From Raillietiella orientalis (lineage: Eukaryota), in contig JAYWIR010000014.1 in NCBI GenBank assembly GCA_036172245.1, positions 3,844,001 through 3,908,000 of the forward strand: DNA of 64,000 nt, read 5' to 3'. The notes beneath the pieces were generated by a model. It was not told the origin of the DNA and did no database searches. It worked only from the letters and a program-made list of their open reading frames with translations. Shown piece after piece: positions 36,284 to 49,021 of the stretch. The stretch's first letter is position 1. Each line of letters opens with the position of its first letter. The position numbers and the translations under genes are program-made.

Positions 36284-38340
36284 AGCGTCACTCAAAATCG
36301 AACGAACATTACAAAACAGAACACAGCTCGAAGTCATTATTAACATCAGAATTCGGGACACGGATTAAATTTTAATCGCATCCTTTCGAGAAGAAAACAA
36401 AAAAAAAAAACAAAAAACAACGCTACAGAAAACACAGAGGACCTTTGGAAACACCACAAGCAGGAATGCCCACCGATGAAAACCAAACGAGGGAGCGTGC
36501 CGTCGGGAAGCAAACGGCTGATGACATCACAGGATGACGGCCCACGTCAGTACTTTTCAGAAAAGTTGAAGATGCACTGAATTTACTTCTGTCTGGCGGT
36601 TCCATGCGCGATGCTTGCCAACATTGGCAACACTTTTTTGACATCCACACGAAAACTGGGCTCTCAAGAGCGCGCAGCAAGGCTAAGGGGATGGACGGCT
36701 GTGACTTCCTTTTTCACCAGTTGGGCTTGGGAGTCCGTCTTTCCTCAAGCTTTTCCCGTTTTATGAAATTAACGAATCCCTGCTCCGCTCAGCTGAGATT
36801 TTCGAGGGTTTCGCTTAACTATTCTTGCGAATCAATCTGGGAAGTCCCCCCCCCCAGAACCGGCGGCCTATTTCATACCGACTACTGGAGGTAAATAAAA
36901 GAGTGGATGCTTTGTTTATGAGCTGTTTTCTACTGCTGTTGTCCAACCTCTGACACTTCCAATACACTCTGCACACACGAAACCGAAATCTCCGCGTGCT
37001 CCATTAAGCCCAGTTTACAATTCAGTGCCTTCTAGGAAAACGGCTACCGATCGTGATTGGTAACAAATATTGATACGTATGTATACTAATAAATTCCAAT
37101 TCATTTATTTTTCCACGTAATTTTCATCTATCTGATGAGACGACCAGGAGACGACGGAGAAAATTTGAATCTTCTAAACAGAAACTGTGAGGAAGCAAAT
37201 CATCAAATCTGGCAAAAATTAAAAGGATCAGTCATTGTAAACAATAACTAAACTGGAAAGGACGGATTACCTAACAAGGTGGGTATTTACCATTTCAATC
37301 ATAATTTCAATTACCTGACTTCAGGCATTTTTTTTTTTTTAACTAAGGAAACAATAATAATGAATAAAAACAATTTACAACATTTGAAAAATGAGAGATG
37401 ATAGTTTGCATGATAATTTTTGTGAGTGAACTAAAAGCAACTGCGAAAGACAAAACGGAATTACTGATGCTTGGATGCAACTAACATTTCACCCCAAAAT
37501 ACGCCTATATCAATAAGCTATCCTAATAATAATAATCAGCACCAATTGTCATTTCATTGCATGTGCTTATCAACACCTTTTCAGTGTGTACTTCACGACT
37601 GATCTATTCAAGATTCCATTTTGGAAACCTAACTTCAGTTTTATTAAATAACCAAAGTGAGCGAATGGCAAGGATGATGAGAAATTTGGTCTAAAGTCGA
37701 AAAAACAGAAAACAAAGAAATAAATTTTTTTCTTTCTTTCTTTTTTTCTTTTAATTGAGTAATTCAATTTCGCTCATTAGAAACGTAATGATTAGAAATC
37801 TTCTACACACACACACGCACACGCACAAAAAAAAAAGCAAGATGCATTTACAGGATATTGCTGTTTTTTGATTTTATACATCAAAGAACATAACAGTTTA
37901 GTGCAAGAAGTTCCACTAAATAATAACAACACACTTCAACAATGTGTTCAGAGAAGTAGTCACTACACAACTTTACATGAGAATATAATACAGTAATGTA
38001 AGGAAATTTTGTGCTTTCCCACAAGATGAAAATAATGGTGCAATTCATGAAAAATTTGTGCTTTACTATGCAGCTCTGTCACATTCGTGCTTTTAAAAGT
38101 TTTGAAATCTGCTGTGATTTGATAACAACAAATAAATGCATTCCAAATATAACAAGTCCACAAATTCCAATGAGTCACACAAGTGGTTGCCACTCATGAT
38201 ATTAAAGTTCACAAAAGTAAACAGTATAATTCGAAAGCCAAAAATTCAACAAATCCTAAATTTAAAAAACACAGCCAATTAATATGAATTTCAATGCACT
38301 GGATTCTTTATCATCCTTTGGCAAACAGAAGCCTAAAAAA

Positions 38341-40150
38341 TCATTCAATTTCTAGTATTACACTTCCAGTTGATTTTTGTTCTCTAATAAAACTTAAGGC
38401 TTCATTGACTTGTTCTAATGAAAATGTGGCTGCTATGGTGGGAGATATGAATCCCATATTATGAAGATCAATAGTATCTTGACAAACATGCCTATAGATC
38501 AATAAGAATACTGTAAGGGTATTTATTAAATTACCTGAAAAGGTTTTTGTCAAGGGTCCTATACTGACTTAAAGATACACCAATCAGAGAACAACATTTA
38601 GACATCAATTCGTTAATCATGGGTTCAGATAGCTGCTGAGGGGTAACTATTATAACAGTACTTTCAAAGGCTGCACTATAAATATTCCATGTACATCATC
38701 ACTCATTAAGGAATGCACTTGCCATTTTAGAGCAGCTTCAAACACATATCCTCCAGCTGTATCAATGATTACTTTTGCTCCTTGCTTGTTTGTCACTTCT
38801 TTTACTTTATGTTCTAAAACCTGTTTATCAAACTTTATTGCTGCAAAAGCACCTTTTTCTCGAACCAAAGAAGCTCTATCCTCTGTACTGCATATGCCTA
38901 TAACCTGTATAATACGACTTACAATTATAGAACTGAAACTATAAAATTTAGAAACAAACTTTTGCTTTGTAGACATTTGCAGCTGTATCAACTATGGCTA
39001 ACCCTAATCCACCAGCAGCAGCAGCAGTTACCAGAATTGTGTCTTCAGATTTAACGTGTGCTCTTCTATTGAGAGCTACAATTGCAGTTGCATAGCATTC
39101 CAAAAATGATGCACCTCTATCGAATGAAGTACCTGATGAGATCTGCCACACATCCTACACATTATAATTTCCTACATTCACCATTATCCTCTGTGTGTAG
39201 ATATTACTGACCTCTTGATTCACATAACAAAAACTTGAAAATCCATTTAGTCCATCTTTATTGAGTGCTACAACTTTGTCTCCCTCGTGAATGTTTTTTA
39301 CCTTTTTACCAACTTGTTTGACTTCACCACATATTTCAAATCCAGGAATGAGAGGTAATTTTTTCAAGGTTTTGTATTCACCACTACACATCAAAACATC
39401 GGAAGCATTGATGCCACAACTAACAACTTGTATTCCGACCTAGAATTTCGATAAGTTGTACTTGAAGCCTCACTTCTCATTGGACTGCACATTATCAGTA
39501 TCCAGAAAGTTTAAAACAAGTTTAACATTCAACAGTATTCTCACAAGAAAGAGTACCTCAAAATGCTTTCAAATAGCTACTACAGGTAAATGGTATTATT
39601 CGCTTTTATTGCATGAAATAAAGAAAACTAGTTGATATAGTATGTTCAATCCAACACACTTTATAGCATACCTGAAGTTATCAACGTAAAAAAAAAAAAA
39701 AAACTTCTTTATTAGATTTTTATTATGGCACATCATCAATGAATTGTAACCCATGAATCAACAATACGAATTTTGTTAATGCACACTATATCACACAGCA
39801 TTACGCTAATTGGCTGTTCTTATTAAAATCAAAATCACAATACAACTTGTGGATTAAGAAATGTTGATGATTGCAATGAATGCATGGCCTTTCATTGAAA
39901 TAAGAAATAAACATACCTCATTTTCTGATAAGTCTCTTAATTCAAAATCTTTTATAATTAATGGTTTTCCACATTCTACGAGAAACGCTCCTCTTGCTTT
40001 TCTTCTTGTAGAATACGAGGCTGCGACTTGAGCATTTCGCAAGGATACAGCGGAGAACAATTTCGATTCAAACACGCCGAATTTTGGATTTTTATACACA
40101 ACATGTATCACTCCTGAAAATAGCCGACTCCAAAACGTTAACACTTTCAT
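38341..40150 (-). CDS. MDR-superfamily quinone oxidoreductase-like (zeta-crystallin-like) protein, 376 aa, possible mitochondrial targeting peptide
   Basis: Exons 40150-39917, 39439-39212, 39154-38960, 38904-38723, 38675-38535, 38491-38341 (1131 nt). Motifs CGINASD, LPLIPGFEICGEV, ILVTAAAAGGLG, KSTGSVILEI. Intron 4 is GC-AG. Confidence 0.92.
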
Positions 40151-41560
40151 TTTAACACACCGCCTTACACTTCTGCAGACACACGAACATGTGCGAAGTG
40201 ATAAGTACGAAAACAATAAAGAAATACCACAACAATCTCGTTTGTCACATAGGAATACAGTAACAATTTACATTATATGAGAACAGAATTATGAATCCAT
40301 TCATGCTATACCATGGAATCATCATGATGCATAATTCTATCGAATTTTGTTTCGAAGTGTACAGAATATATTGTTAGAGATTTTGCATTATACCTGTATT
40401 GGCACATTAGGTTAGTGTAAAATTTATTCTGGACTATAAACAGCCATTATGAACCAAGAGATACGATTGCTTAAACTGAGATAAACTAGGAAAAGATTTT
40501 TATAATAACATATTTGAAAACGTATCTCTTATTTCTTAGATTCCAGAAGAAGAAAAAAAACCCATAACACAAGATTATCACAAAAGGGTATAGCGTATAC
40601 ATTGCCTTCCATTAAGTGGGATTATGAAAAATAAAAAAGTTTTTGAGTGGAGTTCTCGTTGGGAATCTGCTGAACAAATAATAAAATAGCCTAAATTAAT
40701 GATCTGTCTCTTGTATCATATGGTTATACACATGTTCAGAAAAAGAGCAGTTATATTCAACTGTCATGTGTGAACTATTTCTTTAACACACTAGTTATTG
40801 GCATTTAAAAGATTTCATGAAATGTAAATCTCTTCATCACTCATCCCTTATCACTGAGAAGCATCACTTGTGGTTGAGGAAGGCTTATTAAAAAATCAAA
40901 GACTAAACTCAAAGCACACTTTTAGTTTATTAGCAGGGAACTAGTTAATCCCGATCGAGTTTTTATGAAATAATTACAACAAAAAAATATTTCATTAGAA
41001 TTATATTTCATTACGCTGTGTTATTAAAACTTAATGAATACTTGAACAAACGAGCAAAGCTTTCAGTATAAAGGTAAACAATAAAGACAAAATTTTTTTA
41101 ACCAGAAGTATTTATGATACCAAACATACAGCTGCTAGCCAATTAAACTATCATCAACAAGGAGCAACAATTTGAAGTACGATGACTATATCGAATTTGT
41201 TTTTACATTCAGATTTCTTTCAATGACAAATTTTCATATCAGTAAGGGAATTGAAAATCAGTGGTTAACTTACAAAAACGCTTTAATTATTTCGAAGTCA
41301 TTTCATACTCTTTTTAAATAATGGCTAAAAGATATAGCTGTCACATTTTTGTTTTGACTGCATCCATTCATAAGACATATTCTTTTATAGAATAATATTT
41401 ATCTATTAAGATGCTGAGAATATTCTGCTGAAAGCGAACAACTGTACTTCGCTTTGGAATTTTGAAGATAATATGACTTGCATTTGATCAACAAGTGTTA
41501 ATTTAATATGATTAAAAATCTATTTATACTGAAAGCTCTCGTTTCTCTGAATATAAAACT

Positions 41561-41680
41561 GTTCGATATGGCAACACCAGATTCAAATTTTGTTGCCCGC
41601 GAAAGTGTGCAACTCAAACATGATACAAATGATTAGGATTCTCGATCACTTACCGAGTTTAAAAATATGTTTGAAAAGCT
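41561..41680 (+). promoter_or_regulatory. Candidate cell-cycle promoter of NDC80 (E2F-like and CHR-like motifs)
   Basis: CCGCGAAA (reverse TTTCGCGG) at 41597-41604, TTCAAA at 41582-41587 and TTTGAA at ~41670, in a CpG-containing patch upstream of a CpG-void region leading into NDC80. Confidence 0.35.
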
Positions 41681-44600
41681 GTAATAAGCCAGAATTCGTT
41701 TTTCACTTGCGTTAATTGCCCTTGGAAAACAAGCGTTTTCAAATATGTGAGAATTTTTCAAAATTCAACAAAACAAAGTTCTTCAAAACTTTTTTTTTCT
41801 TTATATTCCAGATATTTTATGTGACGTTTAAATTTGGGTAACACGATTAGTCGAATCTCCATCTAAAGTAAGATCGAAGGAAATATCTTAGAAAACATTT
41901 TCAGAAAGCACGCGATTATGGTTAGTAGGTATCACCTAAGTTATTTTCATGATCATAGTGGGAGTTGCAGTGATAATTGGTTCAAGTTCCTGGGAGCATT
42001 AAGTTGTGCTTTGCATTTTTCATTTATATAATGGAATGATGTTGAATGTGAAGTAGTAAGCATCCGGACCATTTCCAAAATATTAAAATACATTCTGTTT
42101 AATATTTAATTTGCCAATGTTGACATTATGTGAAAAATGGAATTGATGGAAATTCACAAGTGCTTCATTTTGTAACTGCTTGAATTTTCTATGTGTCAGA
42201 AAAAAAAATTAATGATGAATCACGTTTTTTATCAAGGTTTGAACATAGTATTTATTTGTTTGCTTCTTGAAGGAAGTATTCTATCAGATTTTTGTAACAG
42301 TTTTGCCCAGAACAATCGTATTTATATTACCAAGTATATCCTACAGCTTAGTTTTTCTCTAAATTTGAATAAAATTTTCAAATTTCGTATTGTCTGAGGA
42401 CCATGATTGTTGAGTGTATGTGTGAGCCATGATTTGATTATCTGAATTCTTCACAAACTGTTTTATGGTTCCTTCTATAATAATCATGAGATCCATTTTG
42501 CGAGTTGTATATAAAATATCAAGAGTACAGTTATTCAAGTTTGCAAATGATTGATCCAGTATCCTTTCTGAATTTGTTTGGAGATTTTATAAAATAAATG
42601 TTTCATTTTCGTGCTTTTAAGAGCAAAAAAGAATGTGATTTAGAGAGAAGTGTGTGCATCAAGTAATTACAGAAAAAAAAAAAACAGGAAAGAAAAACTG
42701 ATTAAATTGAATAGCTGCTTTATAGATAAAAGAGCTTTTAGGATACTTTCAGCATGTTTTATTGCGTAGGAGGTGTTTTTCTGCTATCCATCAATTTTTC
42801 ATTTTTAAATGAAACCATTAGCAATGAATGTTTTTGATCATCATTGTTTAGAAATTAGTTTTGTGGTTTTTTTCATACATGTATTCAATTGCTTGTTATT
42901 GAAATGGAATGCACTTGAGTTCCTGAATGCCATTATGAAGCATATATGTAATGAAAATCTATCAAAACAGTGGCAAGCAAATTTTTATGAACTGGGGGCC
43001 AATTTACTGATGGATTTCAATTATTTCCTTAGCATGAATATTTCTCTAGTCTTGATGAGCCATATATGCCTTTAATATTGAAAAGCTTGTTCCTTGAAAA
43101 CAATAACTGATCTTAGCAATGAATGCAGGCAATAGTGCATTTTGAAAGATGAAGAATGAATCTTAATTTTGTGTTCATTTTTGAAGCCATTACAAATCCT
43201 TGAATCCAACAAGATGAAGAAAATGAGGACATGAATTTGGTATGGGTGTGAGACCACTGATTGGGGATGAAATTTAATCTTATCAGCAAAAATAGTTGGG
43301 GTAGTGACAGTAGTACTCACAAATTTGAATGGAAGTTAATGAAACTGAACAAGGACATGGAAAAGATGAGCTCACAGAAATCATATCTATTAGCAAAGTG
43401 AAATGTTAAATCATGACCCAGGTTAACTATCAGCTATTATAATGTTTCAAATCAGCAAAATGCCATGCAATTCTGAAATGCATTCTATCCAAGTGGTTTC
43501 TCTTGATAATGTGCATCATTGAAATAGTAGCATGCTGTTAAAATGGCAATTTCTGCTTTTAAATATTGGAGTATTGAAACTGCTTCTAGGTATAATAGTT
43601 TACTGGCATTCACCATAAGTGAACAAAAATATGATATATTGTTTTACCAATTGTCTGAGACACATGAATTATTGCTTTACTTGACTATGTACAATACTCA
43701 TGCCCCTAGTAGCAGTAATTTATGAATTATATGAGCAATCTAGATTCAAAAGGGTTTCTCAACCCAGTTTTTCTTGGAAGTTTGAAAAGATTGGTTTTTA
43801 TATTGGTGACACTCCATGGTGATCATTAGTATTTTAAAGCTTTTAGATGGATTTCAGATAGATCAAATCATGTGAAAACACAGTTCATCTTTTGTATAGA
43901 TTAAATTTGGAACCAAATAAAAGCCTAGGAAATTTTGAGTAACAAGTATTTGAAAAATGCAGTTTTGAATAATATGGATAAGGCTAGTTTGAAAGCAAAC
44001 AAAAGACATCATTTCTCCATGTCTTAGAATTATGTTTGTAGATATCTTGGAAATGTAAATGCTCTGAAGACTAGGATTTGCTGCTGGATCTGTGTGGAAT
44101 TTGTGCTTAAAAGGTGTTTTCTCTTGTATTGTTTTTTTGGTTAGACAAATTTTCTAAGGAATAAGTTATGGAAGTTTAGGTTTCAATAATCCATGAATTT
44201 GAAAGTTTTTCATCTTGTAGCTTCTGATAGATTTTAAGGATGTGAATTTTCTTCTTCATCACTAAGTATATATCATTGTGAACCATTTACAACTAAAGAT
44301 GAAGTTCAGAAGTGCTACAAGCTTATTTTCACTATGAGTGAGAATCATTTATTATTTTTAGATGCTGATTCATTTCATCGTTATATTATTTTACTATGTG
44401 TGATTCCTGACTTTTGTAATTTGACCTTGTTTCCCAGATCCGTTTGACAAACTTTCTTGACAATTTGTTTTCATAGGCATGCATAATTTCAGAGAAGTTT
44501 GTAAATGAAAAGCATTAAGCATAATTTGAATACAGATATGTGAATTGGAGTATCTGCTGTAGAAACTGACATGATAAAGATTGTGGAGAGAGATTGACAT

Positions 44601-45104
44601 TACTTCATTGCAGAATCAGTGCCATTTATCATTGGATTTGAAATTGTACATGTATTGACTTGATGTAAGTAGAATAGCAATCTGATGTAATCACATGCAA
44701 GACACTGAATGTTGGTTGTTAGATATTAGAATAACAGTGCCTTTATAGTTAATTATGTATGACATTCAAAATCAGCAACATGAAATTATTGAGACCTTTG
44801 GTTTTTTTAATCCTTTTTTTGATGTTGTATGGTGAATGCATGATATGTGCATGATATAGAGCTAGCTGTGGATATGGACTTTATACCATGGGATGTATAT
44901 AAAATGTGTACCTAGCTTTTGTAATATTGATGGCAGTATGCTGGAGACAGAAGCTAATAAATTCATGAATATTAAGTTTAGCTGAAGTCTTTTTAGATTT
45001 AGTTACAAATACTGAAATGCAAAGATAAGGCAGCCTGACATAATTTGGAAGAATTCATCATCAAGAGTTCTTAAATGTAACAGCTGAGTCAAAAGTTCAT
45101 CTTG

Positions 45105-47255
45105 ATGTATCGGTCATCCAGCTACTCCAAAATTCCTGTTCTTAAAAAAATCTCTATATCTAGTAAAACACCAAAATCATCTCGCTTAACTGGAGAACAA
45201 AGGTAAATGTATTTATTCCTAGTTCGATCATTAATTGACATTTCAAAAGAACTTCCCAAATTCAATGGTCACTATTAAAAAGCACATGTCGCAAAAGCAC
45301 CAAAGGCTCTGTCACAGCTCACAGCCTTCCATCTAAGGAAGAATGCATTGTTCGTTTGGATGACTTTTTTCTTCAGCAAGATTTTTTGGAAGCAAAGAAT
45401 GCATTGCTCAATCCAACGCTTAAGGATTTTAAAAACATCTTTCTGGTAACCAAAAATAGTAGCAGCGTTAGTTGAAAAATCTGGCAGTTCTTAGTTGGTC
45501 GGATTGACAAGCGCCATGCCAAAGCCATGAATAATGATGATCGGAATTTGGAGAATATGGCATCGGCATTTTTGAAGATGCTTGTCTTTCCTGGTTCAGT
45601 GACTAAGTATGAAACCCTTGTATTAGAGTACTGAAATGTTCAGATCTTGCATGCAAACTGCAAATACTCCAAGTTCCTGGGAAAAGATACTTCGGATGTT
45701 GGTGTGGCTTCTAGAAATTATAGAACTTCTGGATGCACCTCCTTTGAAGAACAAAGAAGAAGAGACAGATATTCAAAAATGGGCAGTAAGGGACAAGTAT
45801 TGTGATAATTAAATTTTGAAAAACATCCTTTTAGCTAGTTTTTGAGTATTATCTAGGCATTTGGGAAGGAGTAGGAATAAATTCAACAAAGCTTGATCAA
45901 GAACTGCAAGATGGACTAGGTAAAAAATTTTATCATCAGAACTCTTAAGATCTTAGCTTCTAGAACACCTGTTTGGGGTAACATTGAACATGGAAGTGAG
46001 GAATATGACTGAGACGTTGCAAGAAAGTGTCATGCAGCTTAATATCAAGCACAAAGAAATACTTAAAGAGAAGGAGGTAATCAAGTTGCGTACATTTCTA
46101 TTCTTTCCACCGGAATTTTTCAGGTTGCTCTGGCACATAAGAAAGTTGTCCTCGAATTTGTTCACAGTGCAGACACAGAATTGGCAACTAAACAAAAGCA
46201 GTTGGATGCTATTAGAAATAATAAGCTCAATGCAGAAAAGTGTTTAAGAGAATTACGTAAGTAAACATGTATTTCGAGTACAAAGTGCTGTTTACTTTCA
46301 GATGAGCAGTTGGATAAGGAATATCATAAGGGGAAGGAACTTGACGAGCAGATAAAACAGCAACAAGAATATCAAGAAATTCAAAGTCTTCAACAGAGAG
46401 CCAATGAACTGAAACCACTTATTTGGGAATGTAATGAGGATGTACGCGAATCGCATAAAGAATTGGGCAAATGGCAGCTTAAAATTAATCGACAGAAGGA
46501 TATTGTGAGAAAACTTTGCGCGCGTGTGCTTTAAATTACCCAGATATCAGATTTCTGGCAAAAAGCGCCATCGAGATGGAAAATTCCATAAGCTAGGCAT
46601 TGTGAATATTGAAGCCTCGATAGAAGATGATGGCAAAAAACAACGGTTGCAGATGCAAGAATGCTCGCGATCTCTGAATTCTTCGAAGTCTAAGGTGTAT
46701 TGCTGTTTTGTTTGGAGGAGTTTCATAGTTGCTGCTGTTTCAGTTGGAGGCACAACTGAGGGCTCTGCAGTTGCAATATGCTAAGAGTGAAGAAAACTCG
46801 GACTGTATCAGGGAACAAATTCAGGCCACAAAAGAGCGCCTTCAAGAGATGTATAAGTTCTTTGAAGAACTTCGAAGAATGCAGCTGGAGGAGGAAAGAA
46901 AGCAATTCAAAAGCGCATCCGTACACCAAATGAAGAAGTTTCAGGAAGAGGGGGAGATTTCGGAAGTTTTGCAATCGTACGTAAACCGAAGAGATGAAGG
47001 CACTTAAAAAGGACTTTCAGCACCGAATCGTTGGAAAGTGAAATTGTAAAAGAAGATCGAAAAGCCTGCGCTCGTTTTGAGGGTTTAATTGCCGAACAAG
47101 CCGTAAAAAGAGAGAGAATACAAGAACTCTTTAATGCATCACATCTAAAAATAAAAGATGAAAGTCACCTTTTGCAGCAAGCGATCCATTTTTTGGATGA
47201 GCGTAGTTTGCTTCGCATCCAGAATCCTGATATCTCATACTCTTCCTTGCCCTAA
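45105..47255 (+). CDS. NDC80: Kinetochore protein NDC80/Hec1, ~566 aa
   Basis: Exons 45105-45202, 45250-45445, 45488-45606, 45644-45785, 45835-45919, 45964-46076, 46124-46256, 46302-46504, 46551-46694, 46744-46976, 47021-47255. Basic Ser/Thr N-tail; CH domain CIVRLDDFF..NPTLKDFKNIFLFL..FPGSVTKSCMQTANTPSSWEKILRMLVWL; long coiled coil. The 46504/46551 junction and 3' end (possible extra exon from 47275) are uncertain. Confidence 0.85.
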
Positions 47256-48136
47256 CTTCCTTGCCTCTTCCTAGGAGGGAAGAGCCGATGGCGATGGAGA
47301 TGAGAACTCTGAAATATAGCTATATTTTTTCGAAGATTTCGAGATTTGTGTAGTTTTCAAACCTAGTTAGGTCAGCGCGTATATTTTTCCTTTGTGTGTG
47401 TGTGTATTTTCAGGACTAATTAATTGTTGCTTAATCATTCGATTTTGTTATGCCAAGTGCTCGTGCGTACGTAATTTTAGTTTATAAGTATGCATTAATA
47501 GTTTGGTTATTCTCATAGTGAAGTAATGCGGATGCATTGAATGGCGCATCCCTTGCGATTCAGGCAGAACTCTGCCTGAATTTGAGAGATTTGAGAAGTC
47601 GGTTACTACCTTGCGACTTCATCATGAACCAAGTTAACTGGCGGTTGTCAGACGCGTCAAATCTGATGTGGGCATGAGCGAAACGACTACGATTGACCAT
47701 CGGTGCCGATCGTGATCTACTTGGCCATCGTTGGTCCACGTGTTGCAAACTCGTAAAAGGTATCCGATCTTATCATTTGCACACGTCTTCGGATTCATTC
47801 GCTCGTGACCGCGTTTGGAACCTTTTCTTTTTGGCTCCGCTTTTGAATCGTTGCAGTCCTTAAATTTCAGAGCTTTGCAACTGGTGCATGTCAGCTTCCC
47901 AACTGTTCCAAGCGCATAGTAATCGGAAGATAACTAGATGTGTGCCACTTTTGCACGGTTATGTGGAAAGCATTGAACGCTTGCTGTCTTGAGCATGCCT
48001 TTTTTCCTCATTCTGGTCTTAGCAGGAAAGCATCTGAAAAACAAGATCGCCGTTTCACCTAGAAGAATGCGAAATTTCTTTGACCTGCGGGACGGCTGCA
48101 TCACTTTAGATAGTAGGCAAATCAGGAAGGGAATAT

Positions 48137-48177
48137 TTTTGTACTCCAAATCTTGAAACCAGATTTGGAGTACAAAA
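48137..48177. repeat. Perfect 17-bp inverted repeat with 7-nt loop
   Basis: TTTTGTACTCCAAATCT (48137-48153) and AGATTTGGAGTACAAAA (48161-48177). Confidence 0.85.
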
Positions 48178-48559
48178 TACTTTCTATCAAATAGGAAATC
48201 GAGGTTTTTACTTGAGCATAGCTATCAGTCAAAAGCAGCTAGAATCCTGTTTCTCAAGACGCATACATTATTAAAAAAAACTAATCAAGGAAAATGGAGG
48301 CATATCGATTATCTTGCTGGTTCTTAACCTGGCGATTTTACGGATATATCAGCAATTGAGAAACAAAAGTTCATACGAAATTCTTTTTTACGTGAAAGCA
48401 ATGAATGATTTTTTTTAAAAGAAAAATAAGCGACCTCGAGGAGAGATCGTTACTATTTGGCCTAGCACGATGGAATCCTTTATATTCGTCTGTTTTTCAG
48501 CTTTTTCCTTTTTTTCTCGGTTTTTATTTTTTTGCTTAGCACAGTGCTGAAGAACCATT

Positions 48560-49021
48560 TTCTCCCCTGGGTAGGGGGCTTACAAAGCTCTAACAGTGTC
48601 TATGCCACCGTGTAACTCGAGTTAGGGGGTAACCCCGTAAGGACCACCCTACGAATCCAGGAAGGCTCCGGAGGAAGGAGTCCATTCCTCTCTTACTCTT
48701 GGAATCCTCCTCCCTGGTGGTCTCCGAAGGGAACCTCTTCCTTCTTCTTTCCAGAGGGGGTCGCTTCTCATTTCTTCTCTGAAATTTTCTTCTGAAGGGA
48801 ACCTGCAAGGGAAGCACTCCTTTGAAGAGGACCCGGAAGGGACGCTTCTGAATTTCTCCGAAGGACGCTCCCCGAAGGGAGCAGCGCTCTTAACACTCTG
48901 GAGAGACAACCAACCCCCCGAGGGAGGCATCAACTAGCTATATTGTACGCGAAGGGCTCCATTTTCACAACCGGAAGGGAAACCCAGAAGGGCTCCTTGA
49001 TCCCTGGAAGCACCCCGGGTG
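48560..49021 (-). mobile_element. Compositionally foreign, hairpin-rich insert; candidate endogenised RNA-virus (narna/ourmia-like) fragment
   Basis: GC-richer block with repeated GAAGGG motifs, cUUCGg and GUAA tetraloop motifs, codon-aligned open frames on both strands and tandem terminal hairpins. Identity is inferred only. Confidence 0.35.

Noticed and set aside
37125..37165. CTGATGA..GAAA hammerhead-like cores (also ~14516, ~36520, ~48547)
   Set aside because: No stem II or stem I/III pairing could be built.
41561..41575. X-box-like GTTCGATATGGCAAC
   Set aside because: Only one good half-site and no ciliary gene adjacent.
48590..48817. Resemblance of the basic ORF to hepatitis delta antigen
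   Set aside because: Compositional only; no PWLGN motif and no HDV ribozyme seen.
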